64,000 bases of DNA from an uncultured SAR86 cluster bacterium (GTDB taxonomy: Bacteria; Pseudomonadota; Gammaproteobacteria; Magnimaribacterales; D2472). Positions 1 through 12,180 of this stretch are shown in pieces. A model generated the notes under the pieces. The model did no database searches. It was not told where the DNA came from and was given only the letters and a program-made list of their open reading frames with translations. Within the stretch, counting starts at the first letter, position 1, and each line of letters opens with the position of its first letter. A program made the position numbers and the translations under genes. The stretch lies in the NCBI GenBank assembly GCA_902624425.1, contig CACNXK010000001.1:128432-192431 (forward strand), read 5' to 3'.

Positions 1-1
1 G

Positions 2-1024
2 ATGAGGCACTTCCAAGATCTTGGTCATAAGGTAGTTTTTTTAATCGGAGATTTTACTGGAAGAATAGGGGATCCCTCAGGCAAAAATAAAACACGCCCA
101 TCACTTGAAAAAGAGGAGCTTGAAAAAAATGCCAAAACATATTCTGATCAGGTGTTTAAAATCTTAAATAAAGATTTAACAGATATTAGATTCAACTCTG
201 AGTGGTGTGAAGGTCTAGGTGCCGACGGAATTATTGGACTTGCATCAAAATATAATTTAGGTCGCATGCTAGAAAGAGATGATTTTTCTAAACGCTATAA
301 AGCAAGTCAACAAATTGCTATTCACGAGTTTTTATATCCTTTAATTCAGGCCTATGACTCAATTGCTCTCAATGCTGATGTTGAAATGGGCGGTACTGAC
401 CAAAAATTTAATCTCCTTGTGGGAAGAGAGCTACAAAGAGCATTTGATCAAGAACCTCAAGTTTGTATCACCCTTCCTATCTTAGAAGGTTTGGATGGAA
501 CTAATAAAATGTCTAAATCTTTAGATAATTATGTTGGTATCAATGAAGATCCAGACGAAATGTTCGGCAAAATTATGTCAATTTCTGATGATTTGATGTG
601 GAGATGGTTCGAATTGCTGAGTTTTAGGCCTATAAATGAGATAAATGAGCTCAAAAAAGAGGTTAAATCGGGTATGAACCCTCGAGATGCCAAGATTTTG
701 CTTGCTGAAGAGATAATTGAGCGATTTCATTCTAAAGAAGATGCTGGAAATGCAAAAAATACATTTCTTGACAGATTCCAAAAGGGAGCGAAGCCAAAAG
801 ATATAGAAACTTTCTCAATTTCCCTGGATGGTGACATTGCAATTGGAAACTTGTTAAAAGAATCTGGATTAGTTCAAAGCACATCGGAAGCAATGCGTTT
901 AGTGAAACAAGGAGCAGTTAAAATCAATGATGAAAAAATTGATGATCCAAAACTCAGTATTGCAAAAAATCAGGAGCTCCTTGTTCAAGTTGGTAAGAGA
1001 AGATTCTTAAAAATTAAGACTTAA
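2..1024 (+). CDS. tyrS: tyrosyl-tRNA synthetase, 5-prime end cut by window edge
   Basis: ORF is open to the window start. It has the class I KMSKS motif ([12 protein letters not shown]) and a C-terminal S4-like domain ([14 protein letters not shown]). Confidence 0.93.
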   Translation: MRHFQDLGHKVVFLIGDFTGRIGDPSGKNKTRPSLEKEELEKNAKTYSDQVFKILNKDLTDIRFNSEWCEGLGADGIIGLASKYNLGRMLERDDFSKRYKASQQIAIHEFLYPLIQAYDSIALNADVEMGGTDQKFNLLVGRELQRAFDQEPQVCITLPILEGLDGTNKMSKSLDNYVGINEDPDEMFGKIMSISDDLMWRWFELLSFRPINEINELKKEVKSGMNPRDAKILLAEEIIERFHSKEDAGNAKNTFLDRFQKGAKPKDIETFSISLDGDIAIGNLLKESGLVQSTSEAMRLVKQGAVKINDEKIDDPKLSIAKNQELLVQVGKRRFLKIKT

Positions 1025-3133
1025 TTATTTCTTAGAAATTTCATTTAGAGCAAATCCATATATTTCAGATATTGCTTCTATCTGTTTTGATCGAGGTGTC
1101 CCTGCACCATGTCCAGCTCGATCTTCAATTCTAATTAAGATTTTATTTTCACAACCTTGAGCTTCTTGAAGACGGGCTGCAAATTTATATGAGTGAGAAG
1201 GTACAACACGATCATCTCTGTTTGAAGTAAAAACTAAAGTGGTTGGATAACAAGTTCCATCTTGAATATTGTGGTAGGGCGAATACTCATACAAATTTAA
1301 AAAAGCATCTTTTTCATCTGGTGATCCATAGTCGCTTGTCCATGCCCAGCCAATTGTAAACTTATGAAATCTCAGCATGTCCATAACGCCAACTCCCGGT
1401 AAAGCCACTTTGAATAATTCTGGATTTTGAAGCATAGTTGCTCCAACTAAAAGTCCACCATTTGACCTTCCTTCAATTGCAGTTGTCTCTGGAGAACCAA
1501 TTCCAGTTGCATGTAAAAATTTTGCAGCATAGGCAAAATCATCAAAGACATTTTGCTTATTGAAGAGCATCCCATCTTCGTGCCATTTTGCTCCATACTC
1601 TGATCCACCTCGCAAACTTGCAACCGCAACTACGCCACCTTGATTCATCCAAGATAAAAATCTTTTACTAAAACCTGGAAGAATTGAGATATCAAAGCCT
1701 CCATATCCATAAAGCAACACCGGTGTATTTTCATCAATATTTATATTACTTAAACTACTGATATGCAGTGGTATTTTAGTTCCATCTTTTGATTCATAAA
1801 ACCATAATTTTGTCTCATAATCATCTACATTATGATCTGCTAGACGTTCTTCCCAAAAAACATCGTAAGAGAAATCTTCCATATTTATCTTATAGATTTT
1901 TGTCGGTGTAACGTAGTTAGAAAAATTAAAGTAAGTTTCCTTGTCATCTATTCCACCACCAAATCCGCCTATGGTTCCAGCGAGCTCAAAATTGAAATCA
2001 TTAAGATGATTCCCATTCATATCGAAGAATTTAATTTTTGAAATGGTATCTGCCAGATAATTAATAACTATTTTCTCATTAACTATATTGACGGAACGAA
2101 TTGCAAAATTAGATTCACTAATTACGTCGTTCCAAACATAAGATCCGTTTTTAATTGTTAGCGCTGTAACTTTTCCATTAGGAGCATTTTCTGTTGAGTA
2201 GAAAAACAGAACATCTTCTTTGCTTGTAATATATCCATACTCACCAATTAGCTCATCGATGACTGGAATGAAATTTTCAGAATCATTAGATTTAATATAG
2301 ATCCTATTTTTTTCTTCTGTTCCATCACTGATAGAAAGAATTTTATGAGCATTATTTTCGGAAATCGAAATCGACCAACTCCATCTGGGTTGTTCAGGAT
2401 TTTCATAAATTAGCTCATCTTCATCTTGTGATGTACCCAGCTTATGGAACATTAATTTTGGTTGTTCATTTATATCTGCTAGCAACTCATCCGTTGGCTC
2501 AGAATATTTCTGATAATAAAAACCTGAATTATTTTTTTCCCAAACGGCTCCAGAAAATTTTGACCAATTAATCGTCTCCTCCAAAAGCTCTCGAGTTTCT
2601 ATATTCATAATTTTCCAAACACGCCAATCTGATCCTCCATCCGAAATTGAATATGCGATCCATTTTCCATCTGGACTTATGCTGGTTCCTCCCAAAGAGA
2701 ATGTTCCATCTTCTGAAAATGAATTTGGATCAATTAATACTTCTGCCTCGCATTCTTCAAGACAGTTTTTCATCATTAATTTGCTATGTTGCCAATCACC
2801 CTCATTAAAATAGTAAAAAATTCGATCATTTTGCACATATGGAGTACTAATTGACTCCCCATCCCATACTTTTTCTAAATCTTTGCCAATTTTTCGAGTA
2901 AAAGGGCCTTTTTTTAGGTATTTTTCAGTAAATTTGTTCTGATTTTGCTCCCAAGCAGTAGATTCAGGTGAAGTAAAGTCCTCAAGCCACCTATATTGGT
3001 CCTCAACTGTTACTCCGAAGATCTCCTCAATAGTGCCATCTTTCCTAGATTCTGGGTAATTTTCATCATTATTCATATTTGAGCAACCTGCTACAAAAAT
3101 AAGGGTTATAAAGTAGATACGGGATAGTTTCAT
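1025..3133 (-). CDS. prolyl oligopeptidase (S9A family), lipoprotein signal
   Basis: 702 aa with N-terminal LIFVAGCS lipobox. Has a beta-propeller N-terminal half and a catalytic triad context: GRSNGGLL (Ser), NRDDRV (Asp), RAGHGAG (His). Confidence 0.9.
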   Translation of the reverse strand: MKLSRIYFITLIFVAGCSNMNNDENYPESRKDGTIEEIFGVTVEDQYRWLEDFTSPESTAWEQNQNKFTEKYLKKGPFTRKIGKDLEKVWDGESISTPYVQNDRIFYYFNEGDWQHSKLMMKNCLEECEAEVLIDPNSFSEDGTFSLGGTSISPDGKWIAYSISDGGSDWRVWKIMNIETRELLEETINWSKFSGAVWEKNNSGFYYQKYSEPTDELLADINEQPKLMFHKLGTSQDEDELIYENPEQPRWSWSISISENNAHKILSISDGTEEKNRIYIKSNDSENFIPVIDELIGEYGYITSKEDVLFFYSTENAPNGKVTALTIKNGSYVWNDVISESNFAIRSVNIVNEKIVINYLADTISKIKFFDMNGNHLNDFNFELAGTIGGFGGGIDDKETYFNFSNYVTPTKIYKINMEDFSYDVFWEERLADHNVDDYETKLWFYESKDGTKIPLHISSLSNINIDENTPVLLYGYGGFDISILPGFSKRFLSWMNQGGVVAVASLRGGSEYGAKWHEDGMLFNKQNVFDDFAYAAKFLHATGIGSPETTAIEGRSNGGLLVGATMLQNPELFKVALPGVGVMDMLRFHKFTIGWAWTSDYGSPDEKDAFLNLYEYSPYHNIQDGTCYPTTLVFTSNRDDRVVPSHSYKFAARLQEAQGCENKILIRIEDRAGHGAGTPRSKQIEAISEIYGFALNEISKK

Positions 3134-3170
3134 GTATACAATATCTTATCAATAAATTAGAGGTAAAAAT

Positions 3171-3845
3171 ATGAATCAATTCATTGCAGCATGGGAATTT
3201 GCGCTTAAAAACTTTCAATATCTATTTTTACTAGTTTTACCAGTAATGGTGAGTGAAATGCTAGTCGCATATTTGTTAATACCCATTGATGGAATGGATC
3301 CAATGGATATAAGCGAGTATATGTCCGGAAACGTAGCAAGCATTATGATAGTTTCGCTTATTGCTATTGTGCTCAGTGTATCTCTTACAGGCGGATTAAT
3401 GTTTGCTTATCAATCAATTCTATCGCAAGAGGCCTCTAATCCAATAAATGCATTATCTGCTGGGTTTAAGAAATTCTTTCCATTGCTTGGAGCAACTATT
3501 CTTTCATCCTTATTGATTGGTTTGGGAGCAATCCTTTTAATACTACCTGCTTTTTATTTTATGGGGCGTGTCTATCTTTTCCCAGCATATATTATGTTTG
3601 AAGATAAGGGCGTTATGGATTCTCTTAGAGCTTCATGGGAAGCAACCGATGAACATGGAACAACCCTTTTCTTTTTAACCTTAGTATTTTTTGTACTTAC
3701 ACTTGTGCCTGGCTCATTAATATCAGGTTTAATATTTGAAGGGAATCCAGTTGCTGGAACTATTGGGGCAGGGGTTGTTGAATATATTTGCATTCTTCCT
3801 TGGATGTACATCTACTTTAGTTTATATAAATCTATAAAGAGCTAA
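3171..3845 (+). CDS. polytopic inner-membrane protein, YciC/UPF0259-like
   Basis: 224 aa with about 6 hydrophobic spans. The central MFEDKGVMDSLRASWEAT segment resembles the YciC loop (VQDKMGVFASMRSSMRLTW). Recalled from memory, not aligned. Confidence 0.5.
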   Translation: MNQFIAAWEFALKNFQYLFLLVLPVMVSEMLVAYLLIPIDGMDPMDISEYMSGNVASIMIVSLIAIVLSVSLTGGLMFAYQSILSQEASNPINALSAGFKKFFPLLGATILSSLLIGLGAILLILPAFYFMGRVYLFPAYIMFEDKGVMDSLRASWEATDEHGTTLFFLTLVFFVLTLVPGSLISGLIFEGNPVAGTIGAGVVEYICILPWMYIYFSLYKSIKS

Positions 3846-3897
3846 ACGTATTGTTGTGATTGCATTTGGAGGGTAAAATGCTCCTTCCAATTTAATT

Positions 3898-3975
<78 letters not shown>

Positions 3976-4005
3976 TTTTATTATTTCAAAGCTATAATAA
4001 ATGAT

Positions 4006-5559
4006 ATGAAAAGGCTAACTTTCTCTCTTTTTATTTTTCTCTGCTTGAACTCAGTAGCTCACCCAAATGGAGCTATAAAGGAATATTCAAAAGAGTTAGC
4101 GCATTACCCATCACCACTGCCAGATAGAGTTGTTTTAACCTGGAATGATGATCCTGCAACTACTCAAGCAGTTAATTGGCGAACAGATATATCTGTAAAA
4201 ACTGGGCTTGCGCAACTTGCTGTTGCAAATGCAAATGGTAGAGCACTCAAGCCAAATGAATTTAAAGCGGAAACAAGTTATTTCAAAAGTGATATTAATG
4301 AAGCTCATTATCACAGTGTTACGTTTAATAATCTTCAACCTAATACCTTATACGCTTACCGAGTTGGGGACGGGGTTAATTGGACGGAGTACTATCATTT
4401 TAAAACTGCAAGCTCTGAAGAAGAACCTTTTAGTTTCATTTATTTTGGTGATGCTCAAAATGAGGTCAAGACTCATTGGTCAAGAGTTTTCAGGGAAGCT
4501 TTTCGTGATGCGCCAAGAGCTGCATTTACTCTCCATGCTGGTGATTTAATTGATATTCATAATATGGACTCACAATGGGGTGAATGGCATCAAGGCCCTG
4601 ATTGGGTAAATGGAACGATTCCGGTTATAGCAACCCCAGGTAATCATGAATATCAAAAAGACTCAGAGACAAAACGTATTTGGACAACAAAAGATGAAAG
4701 GAATATCAATATCGATATAACTTCATTAGACAATAGTGAGGGAGTCTTGGTAGTAAGCATTGAAGATCCAGAGGGCAGAGAAGGAGTTATGAGAGTAAGC
4801 GAAGTCGGGATAATAATTGATGCTGATAAAGGTATTGAAACAATTACAGGATTTCAAAAAGATGAATTAGTGAATAAGTTAATTTTAGGAGGACAGGCGC
4901 CGTTATATGATCGCTTACGTAATCCATCAAATATAGAGATTGTAAGCAATCATTGGAGACCTCAGTTTTCTTTCCCAATACAAGATGTTCCTGACGAAAG
5001 GCTTAAAGAAACCACTTATTTTATTGATTATCAAGGAGTAAGGTTTATTTCACTTGATTCAAACATTGCAATAGAAGAACAAAAACCATGGCTTCGAAAA
5101 GTACTTCAAGATAATCCTAATCGTTGGACAATTTTGACCTTTCATCATCCGCTTTACTCTCCTGCATCAAGCAGAGACAATGTGGCTATTCGAGAGCAGT
5201 GGAAGCCTATTTTAGATGAGTTTAGGGTAGATCTTGTTCTCAGCGGTCATGATCACAGCTATTCGAGAACGGGATTTGTTGATACTAAAAGTATAAAAAA
5301 TGTTCCAGCTGGATATAAGCAAGCTTATGATCCAGAAATAGGAACTGTTCATGTTGTTTCAGTTAGTGGGCCCAAACTTTATGAGATTACAAAAGGTAAA
5401 TTTGCTAAAAAGTTAGGCGAGAATACTCAGCTTTATCAAATTATAGATATTGAGAAAAATAATTTGAGATTTCGTGCTTTTACAGCCACTGGCGAACTAT
5501 TTGATGAATTTCTTCTTCAGAAGCAATCAAACAAACCAAATAAACTAATCGAGAAATAG
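4006..5559 (+). CDS. secreted purple-acid-phosphatase-like metallophosphoesterase
   Basis: Start moved to the ATG at 4006 (MKRLTFSLFIFLC signal peptide) because the track ORF start at 3940 lies inside tRNA-Ile. Metallophosphoesterase motifs are present: GDAQN, HAGDLID, GNHEY, FHHPLYS, GHDHSY. An N-terminal PAP-type beta domain is present (VLTWNDDP...YAYRVG). Confidence 0.85.
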   Translation: MKRLTFSLFIFLCLNSVAHPNGAIKEYSKELAHYPSPLPDRVVLTWNDDPATTQAVNWRTDISVKTGLAQLAVANANGRALKPNEFKAETSYFKSDINEAHYHSVTFNNLQPNTLYAYRVGDGVNWTEYYHFKTASSEEEPFSFIYFGDAQNEVKTHWSRVFREAFRDAPRAAFTLHAGDLIDIHNMDSQWGEWHQGPDWVNGTIPVIATPGNHEYQKDSETKRIWTTKDERNINIDITSLDNSEGVLVVSIEDPEGREGVMRVSEVGIIIDADKGIETITGFQKDELVNKLILGGQAPLYDRLRNPSNIEIVSNHWRPQFSFPIQDVPDERLKETTYFIDYQGVRFISLDSNIAIEEQKPWLRKVLQDNPNRWTILTFHHPLYSPASSRDNVAIREQWKPILDEFRVDLVLSGHDHSYSRTGFVDTKSIKNVPAGYKQAYDPEIGTVHVVSVSGPKLYEITKGKFAKKLGENTQLYQIIDIEKNNLRFRAFTATGELFDEFLLQKQSNKPNKLIEK

Positions 5560-5573
5560 ATCTAAAAATCTAA

Positions 5574-6125
5574 TTACTTCCACTTAATGTTGCATCCCAT
5601 CGAAGGGAATTGATCAGGATTAACTTCTTCATTATTTAGCACATTCTCTATGGCGTTCCTGAGATCTTTACCTGTCGGCTCTAATCCCGAGTTAGGAGAG
5701 CTTTCATCAAGTCTTCCACGATATACAAGCTTCTGAGATGAATCAAAGAGATAAAACTCTGGTGTACATTCAGCCTTGTACTGCTTTGCAACATCTTGAG
5801 TTGAATCAAATAGATAAGGAAATGATAGTCCAAGCTCTACCCACAATTCTCTCATTTTATCTGGACCATCCTGAGGATATTCTTCAACGTCATTCGAACT
5901 TATTGCTACTATATTAATAGTTTTATCAAAATCATTTGCAAGACGTTTAATTTCGTCATGATAATGAATGACATAAGGACAATGATTACAAATAAACATT
6001 ATTAATGAGTGCTTATTTTTATCAAGATCATCTGAGGTGAATCTTTCTCCTGTAACAGTATTTAAAAGATTGAATGCAGCTAACTCAGATTTTAGGCTAA
6101 GCATGCTTGAATAAGTAAGTGCCAT
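5574..6125 (-). CDS. thioredoxin-fold thiol-disulfide oxidoreductase (PRX-like/AhpC-TSA family)
   Basis: 183 aa with CxxC motif FICNHCPY. No signal peptide. Confidence 0.75.
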   Translation of the reverse strand: MALTYSSMLSLKSELAAFNLLNTVTGERFTSDDLDKNKHSLIMFICNHCPYVIHYHDEIKRLANDFDKTINIVAISSNDVEEYPQDGPDKMRELWVELGLSFPYLFDSTQDVAKQYKAECTPEFYLFDSSQKLVYRGRLDESSPNSGLEPTGKDLRNAIENVLNNEEVNPDQFPSMGCNIKWK

Positions 6126-6198
6126 AGATCTATTTTAGAACATCTAGGTTAGGAATGGGCTGACCGAGGCCAGCCCGAGGAGGCTTCATAGCCAAAAC

Positions 6199-8103
6199 TT
6201 AGTAGTGCGACTTAGTTTTAAACTTCGTTTGCCCAGATGACTGAGTTGCACCATGATATCCCTGACCTGCAGGCATATAGAATGTGATTCCTGGCAGCTC
6301 ATGGAAAACATGTTCATGATAATCTGAACCAGCATCAGCTTGTCTTAGGTATACAGTGTGCGTATTTCCACTTGCGCCTTTAAATGGTCCAACTGAAACA
6401 GTTCCACTTACTTCTAAGCCTGACGTTGCAGAAGTAACATCAATCATAGAAGGATCGTAGGTTGTAACAATTTGGATTGAGCCATTTGTATACATGCCAG
6501 CGTGGACACCACAATGAGGATAAAGAGTTGTTGGCGTGGTGCCCGTTACTGTCAATGTGTAATTAGCTTGATCCCAACCTTCAGCTGAGCCAATGTTATT
6601 TGATCCAGATGTATCATTTTGAGTAGTTGATATTTCAAAAGGATGATTTGCAAAAACGCCTGAACCAGTTGGTTCAAAAACAATGGTATCCCCAACTCTT
6701 GCATAGATAACATGTGGATTAGAGTCAGCGTCTATACCATCTATTGTGTAATAAGCTGAGCCACTATTACCAACTGAATATGTAGTTGATCTAAAGTCTT
6801 CAACATCAGTAAGGCCAGTTCTGGAACTTTTATCTGTAATCCACTGAAGAGTATCAAATATCAGCTGATCAACTTCAGTACTATCGACTGTATCATCCAA
6901 TATACCTTTTAAAGTTGGTGTTAAGTAATCTCTAGCAGTCATTGAGAAGTATGCTTGTTCATTTTCTGAATCTACATAAACTTTTTGAAGGAATGCAGAC
7001 ATTCCTCCAGATAAACTTTCTAGCTGAGTATTTGTAACGGTGTAGTCTGCTAAATCTAAATTAAGAAGAACATTCCTTACAAGCGTTGTATCACCCAAAG
7101 ATGTTTCTGTTGATGCATCACGATTGAAAATTGCATCGTTAACAGTTGAAACAGCAGTTAGCCCAGTAACACCTGCTTGAGTTTGAAGCACGCTCAATGT
7201 TTCATACATCATTAATAGTTGTGTATTAACAACCGCAGCTTTATTAGATGCTGCATCATTAATGCTTTGGTATGGGTCATCAAAACGAATCATAAAGTTT
7301 GAATCAACTCCGAGTTTTTCTTTAAGCGTTGTGTAGTCAAATCTGTTATCAATAGCTAGCATTGTGCTTAATGGCGAAATAACAAGATTTTGATCAATAG
7401 TTGGATTAGCTAATCCCATTGTAAATGCGTCCGCATCATCAGTTACAGGATTAAAACCATCTTCAGCTAGTAATCTTACTGTGGTAGTTATGTTATCGTC
7501 TATTTCAAGCGAGAATGAACCATCAGAAGCTGTTGTAGTCGTGTAGACTGCACCCTCACATGTCTCATCACCATCTGAATCAGTAACTGAAACACAAACA
7601 GTAGCGGATTGAATATAGCCATCTCTTATAAGTACTCCATCATAATTTGAAGTAGTTGGATCATCAGATGTATCGTTCGTAACAGTAACACTAAATGATT
7701 GAGAATCTGAAGCAGTTCCATCTGATGCAGTTACGGTCAATTCATAAGTATTATCAGTATTAGCATCACCCGGTATTTCAAAGTCCGGAGCTGTATTAAA
7801 CGTGACACTTCCAGTTGTGTTAATGCTGAATAAACTAGCATCAGCACCAGAAGTTATAGAAAAGGTAATTGTATCTCCATCTGGATCTGTAGCAGTAACT
7901 AAAAACGCACCAGTTTGGTTCTCTAATACAGAATACATAGATGTAGAGTTGGTAATTGTTGGTGGATTGTTACCGTAGCCGCCACCGCCGCCGCCACCGC
8001 CGCCGCCGTAGTCGCCACCACCGCCACCGCCGCCACCGCCGCAAGCAGCTATGGTTACAGTAGCTATAACAACTAATATGTTTTTAAAAATTGGTCTATT
8101 CAT
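6199..8103 (-). CDS. large surface lipoprotein: poly-Gly linkers + cadherin-like repeat + unassigned middle + cupredoxin-like C-terminal region
   Basis: Signal peptide with lipobox (TVTIAAC). Gly9-DY-Gly10 tract. Cadherin-like repeat (PPTITN...ATDPDGDTITFSI...TVTNDT). Type-1 copper ligand pattern NHPF...(about 43 aa)...YPHCGVHAGM. Confidence 0.75.
   Translation of the reverse strand: MNRPIFKNILVVIATVTIAACGGGGGGGGGDYGGGGGGGGGGYGNNPPTITNSTSMYSVLENQTGAFLVTATDPDGDTITFSITSGADASLFSINTTGSVTFNTAPDFEIPGDANTDNTYELTVTASDGTASDSQSFSVTVTNDTSDDPTTSNYDGVLIRDGYIQSATVCVSVTDSDGDETCEGAVYTTTTASDGSFSLEIDDNITTTVRLLAEDGFNPVTDDADAFTMGLANPTIDQNLVISPLSTMLAIDNRFDYTTLKEKLGVDSNFMIRFDDPYQSINDAASNKAAVVNTQLLMMYETLSVLQTQAGVTGLTAVSTVNDAIFNRDASTETSLGDTTLVRNVLLNLDLADYTVTNTQLESLSGGMSAFLQKVYVDSENEQAYFSMTARDYLTPTLKGILDDTVDSTEVDQLIFDTLQWITDKSSRTGLTDVEDFRSTTYSVGNSGSAYYTIDGIDADSNPHVIYARVGDTIVFEPTGSGVFANHPFEISTTQNDTSGSNNIGSAEGWDQANYTLTVTGTTPTTLYPHCGVHAGMYTNGSIQIVTTYDPSMIDVTSATSGLEVSGTVSVGPFKGASGNTHTVYLRQADAGSDYHEHVFHELPGITFYMPAGQGYHGATQSSGQTKFKTKSHY
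7972..8043 (-). repeat. GC-rich GGN (glycine codon) microsatellite-like tract inside the lipoprotein gene
   Basis: Plus strand reads accgta-(gcc/acc)x10-gtagtc-(gcc/acc)x9-gca. This encodes C-G9-DY-G10-YG in an otherwise AT-rich genome. Confidence 0.95.
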
Positions 8104-8288
8104 ATAAGCCTCCTAAACGTATATATATAGAGTAAGGGAAATTCCCTTAAAATTTTTATTAATACTGGGCGTTCGAGATATTTAAGATTAGAGCGTGCCC
8201 GCTACAAATCAAGATCCTGACAAGACAGTAATTCTTCTAACTAAGGCTCAAAAAATAAATTTCAAGCCTTTAGTTTAAAAAAGATAGA

Positions 8289-10439
<2,151 letters not shown>

Positions 10440-10513
10440 TCAGTTTTAATACTTTCCTTTAAAGATTCTAAACTTTTTTTCGATGTAATTTAATAAAAAC
10501 CTATATTTTTTTT

Positions 10514-11407
10514 CTACTCTATAACCATTAGGTCTTTCGCAATAATTGTCTCACCATCGTAGACAGATGAAATCTCTTTATAGATATCATCTGGCGATGA
10601 GCCCCAAAATAGAATATGAGAAAGCACTAACTTTTTTGGTTTTACTCTCTTAGCTATCTCACCCAATTCCAGAGTAGATGTGTGGTGACCCTTATGATAC
10701 TTCTGCCAATCAGGAGTTTTATTCAAAAAACCGGCATATGAATATACTTCGTGAACTAAAATATCAGCATCCTGAGCATATTTTTCTAACGTTTCAGAAA
10801 CACCTGTATCACCTGAAAAGACTATAACTTTGTCTGCGGAAGTGAATTTGAAGCCATATGATTCTTCTAGCCCGCCGTGATCGACTCTAAAAGATTCCAC
10901 TTTTAAATCATCATTTTCAAAAATCACTCCATCTTTTAATTCATGGAAGTTAAACTTGTAACCTAGTTTGTTTGCGGGCTGAGTTCCGTTAATTCGGTAA
11001 TCAATGTCAGATTTAAATGCTTCCAAAATATTTTCTGCCATACTTTTTAGATCCTTTGGGCCGTAAAGTTCTACTTTTTCGTTTCTACCCATTATCCATG
11101 GCGTAAGTAAGAAGTCTGATAAACCCATAGTGTGATCAGAGTGAATGTGAGTTAAAAATGCATATTTTAAATTAGCAGGAACTAATGCATCAATTTCTCC
11201 ACCCCAGTTTGAAGACAGCTCTGCTGCTCTTCTTATTACGCCAGGGCCAAAATCAACTAGATAGGCATTTTCATTAACAATAACTGCATATGCTGAACCC
11301 ATCCTTTCTGGATCTGGATTTGGAGTTCCCGATCCCAGAACAGCCAACCGAGTTTCAGCCATCAAAAGACTTGAAAAAAATAAAAATGACGTCAATATAA
11401 ATTTCAT
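10514..11407 (-). CDS. secreted MBL-fold metallo-hydrolase (RNase Z-like fold)
   Basis: Signal peptide MKFILTSFLFFSSLLMA. Has the HxHxDH motif (THIHSDHT). Confidence 0.75.
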   Translation of the reverse strand: MKFILTSFLFFSSLLMAETRLAVLGSGTPNPDPERMGSAYAVIVNENAYLVDFGPGVIRRAAELSSNWGGEIDALVPANLKYAFLTHIHSDHTMGLSDFLLTPWIMGRNEKVELYGPKDLKSMAENILEAFKSDIDYRINGTQPANKLGYKFNFHELKDGVIFENDDLKVESFRVDHGGLEESYGFKFTSADKVIVFSGDTGVSETLEKYAQDADILVHEVYSYAGFLNKTPDWQKYHKGHHTSTLELGEIAKRVKPKKLVLSHILFWGSSPDDIYKEISSVYDGETIIAKDLMVIE

Positions 11408-11460
11408 TACTAAACTCTTATATACATAACTATTTAAGAATTTACACCACTGAATTTTTT

Positions 11461-12180
11461 ATGACAAATAAAAACATATTAATTATTGGTTCCTCTGGAG
11501 GCATTGGAAAAGCTTTTGCTAATTTTTATAGTCAAGACCCAAATAATAAAATCATTGGCCTATCAAGATCACAGGAGAATTTTGAAGAATCTCTATATGC
11601 TAATCACTATATTGATCTTGAGAAAGAGGACACTATTGAAAATGCTGCACTGACAGTGTCAGAGCATAGCCCATTTCAATTGATAATCATTGCATCTGGC
11701 ATTCTTCATGCTGAAAATCTTGCACCCGAAAAAAGCCATAAACATATTTCTGCCGAGAATTTCAAAAAAATACTGAACGTAAATACAATCGGCCCAGCAT
11801 TAGTTGGGAAATTTTTTATCCCTTTGCTTGATAGCCATAGCCCAAGTGTTATGGCATTCTTAAGTGCGAGGGTGGGGAGTATTTCTGATAACAGACTTGG
11901 TGGTTGGCATGCTTACAGATCCAGCAAAGCGTCTCTAAATATGATAATCAAAAACTTCTCCTTAGAAGTTTCAAGAACAAATAAACAGGCTAGCATTATT
12001 GGGCTTCATCCTGGAACTGTTAATACTGAACTCAGTAAGCCCTTTCAAAAGAATGTTGCAGAAAGTAAACTTTTCTCTCCTGAATTTTCTGCAGGAGCTA
12101 TGGCAAAAGTTATAGATAATTTAAAACAAGAAGACACTGGATCAGTCTTAGCATTTGATGGGAGTAAAATAGAGAGTTAA
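11461..12180 (+). CDS. short-chain dehydrogenase/reductase (SDR, C-factor-like)
   Basis: TGxxxGxG-type motif IIGSSGGIGKA and catalytic YRSSK. The stop abuts the phrB start. Confidence 0.8.
   Translation: MTNKNILIIGSSGGIGKAFANFYSQDPNNKIIGLSRSQENFEESLYANHYIDLEKEDTIENAALTVSEHSPFQLIIIASGILHAENLAPEKSHKHISAENFKKILNVNTIGPALVGKFFIPLLDSHSPSVMAFLSARVGSISDNRLGGWHAYRSSKASLNMIIKNFSLEVSRTNKQASIIGLHPGTVNTELSKPFQKNVAESKLFSPEFSAGAMAKVIDNLKQEDTGSVLAFDGSKIES

Noticed and set aside
7972-8043. The repetitive GC-rich tract as a CRISPR array or non-coding satellite.
   Set aside because: It is in frame within a long ORF and encodes Gly runs. There is no repeat-spacer organisation, and no other CRISPR-like periodic repeats occur in the window.
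8134-8148. The palindrome AAGGGAAATTCCCTT between katG and the lipoprotein gene, considered as a terminator or operator.
   Set aside because: Only a 5-bp effective stem can form, and there is no U-tract on the transcribed (minus) strand. I have no matching operator consensus, so it is left unassigned.
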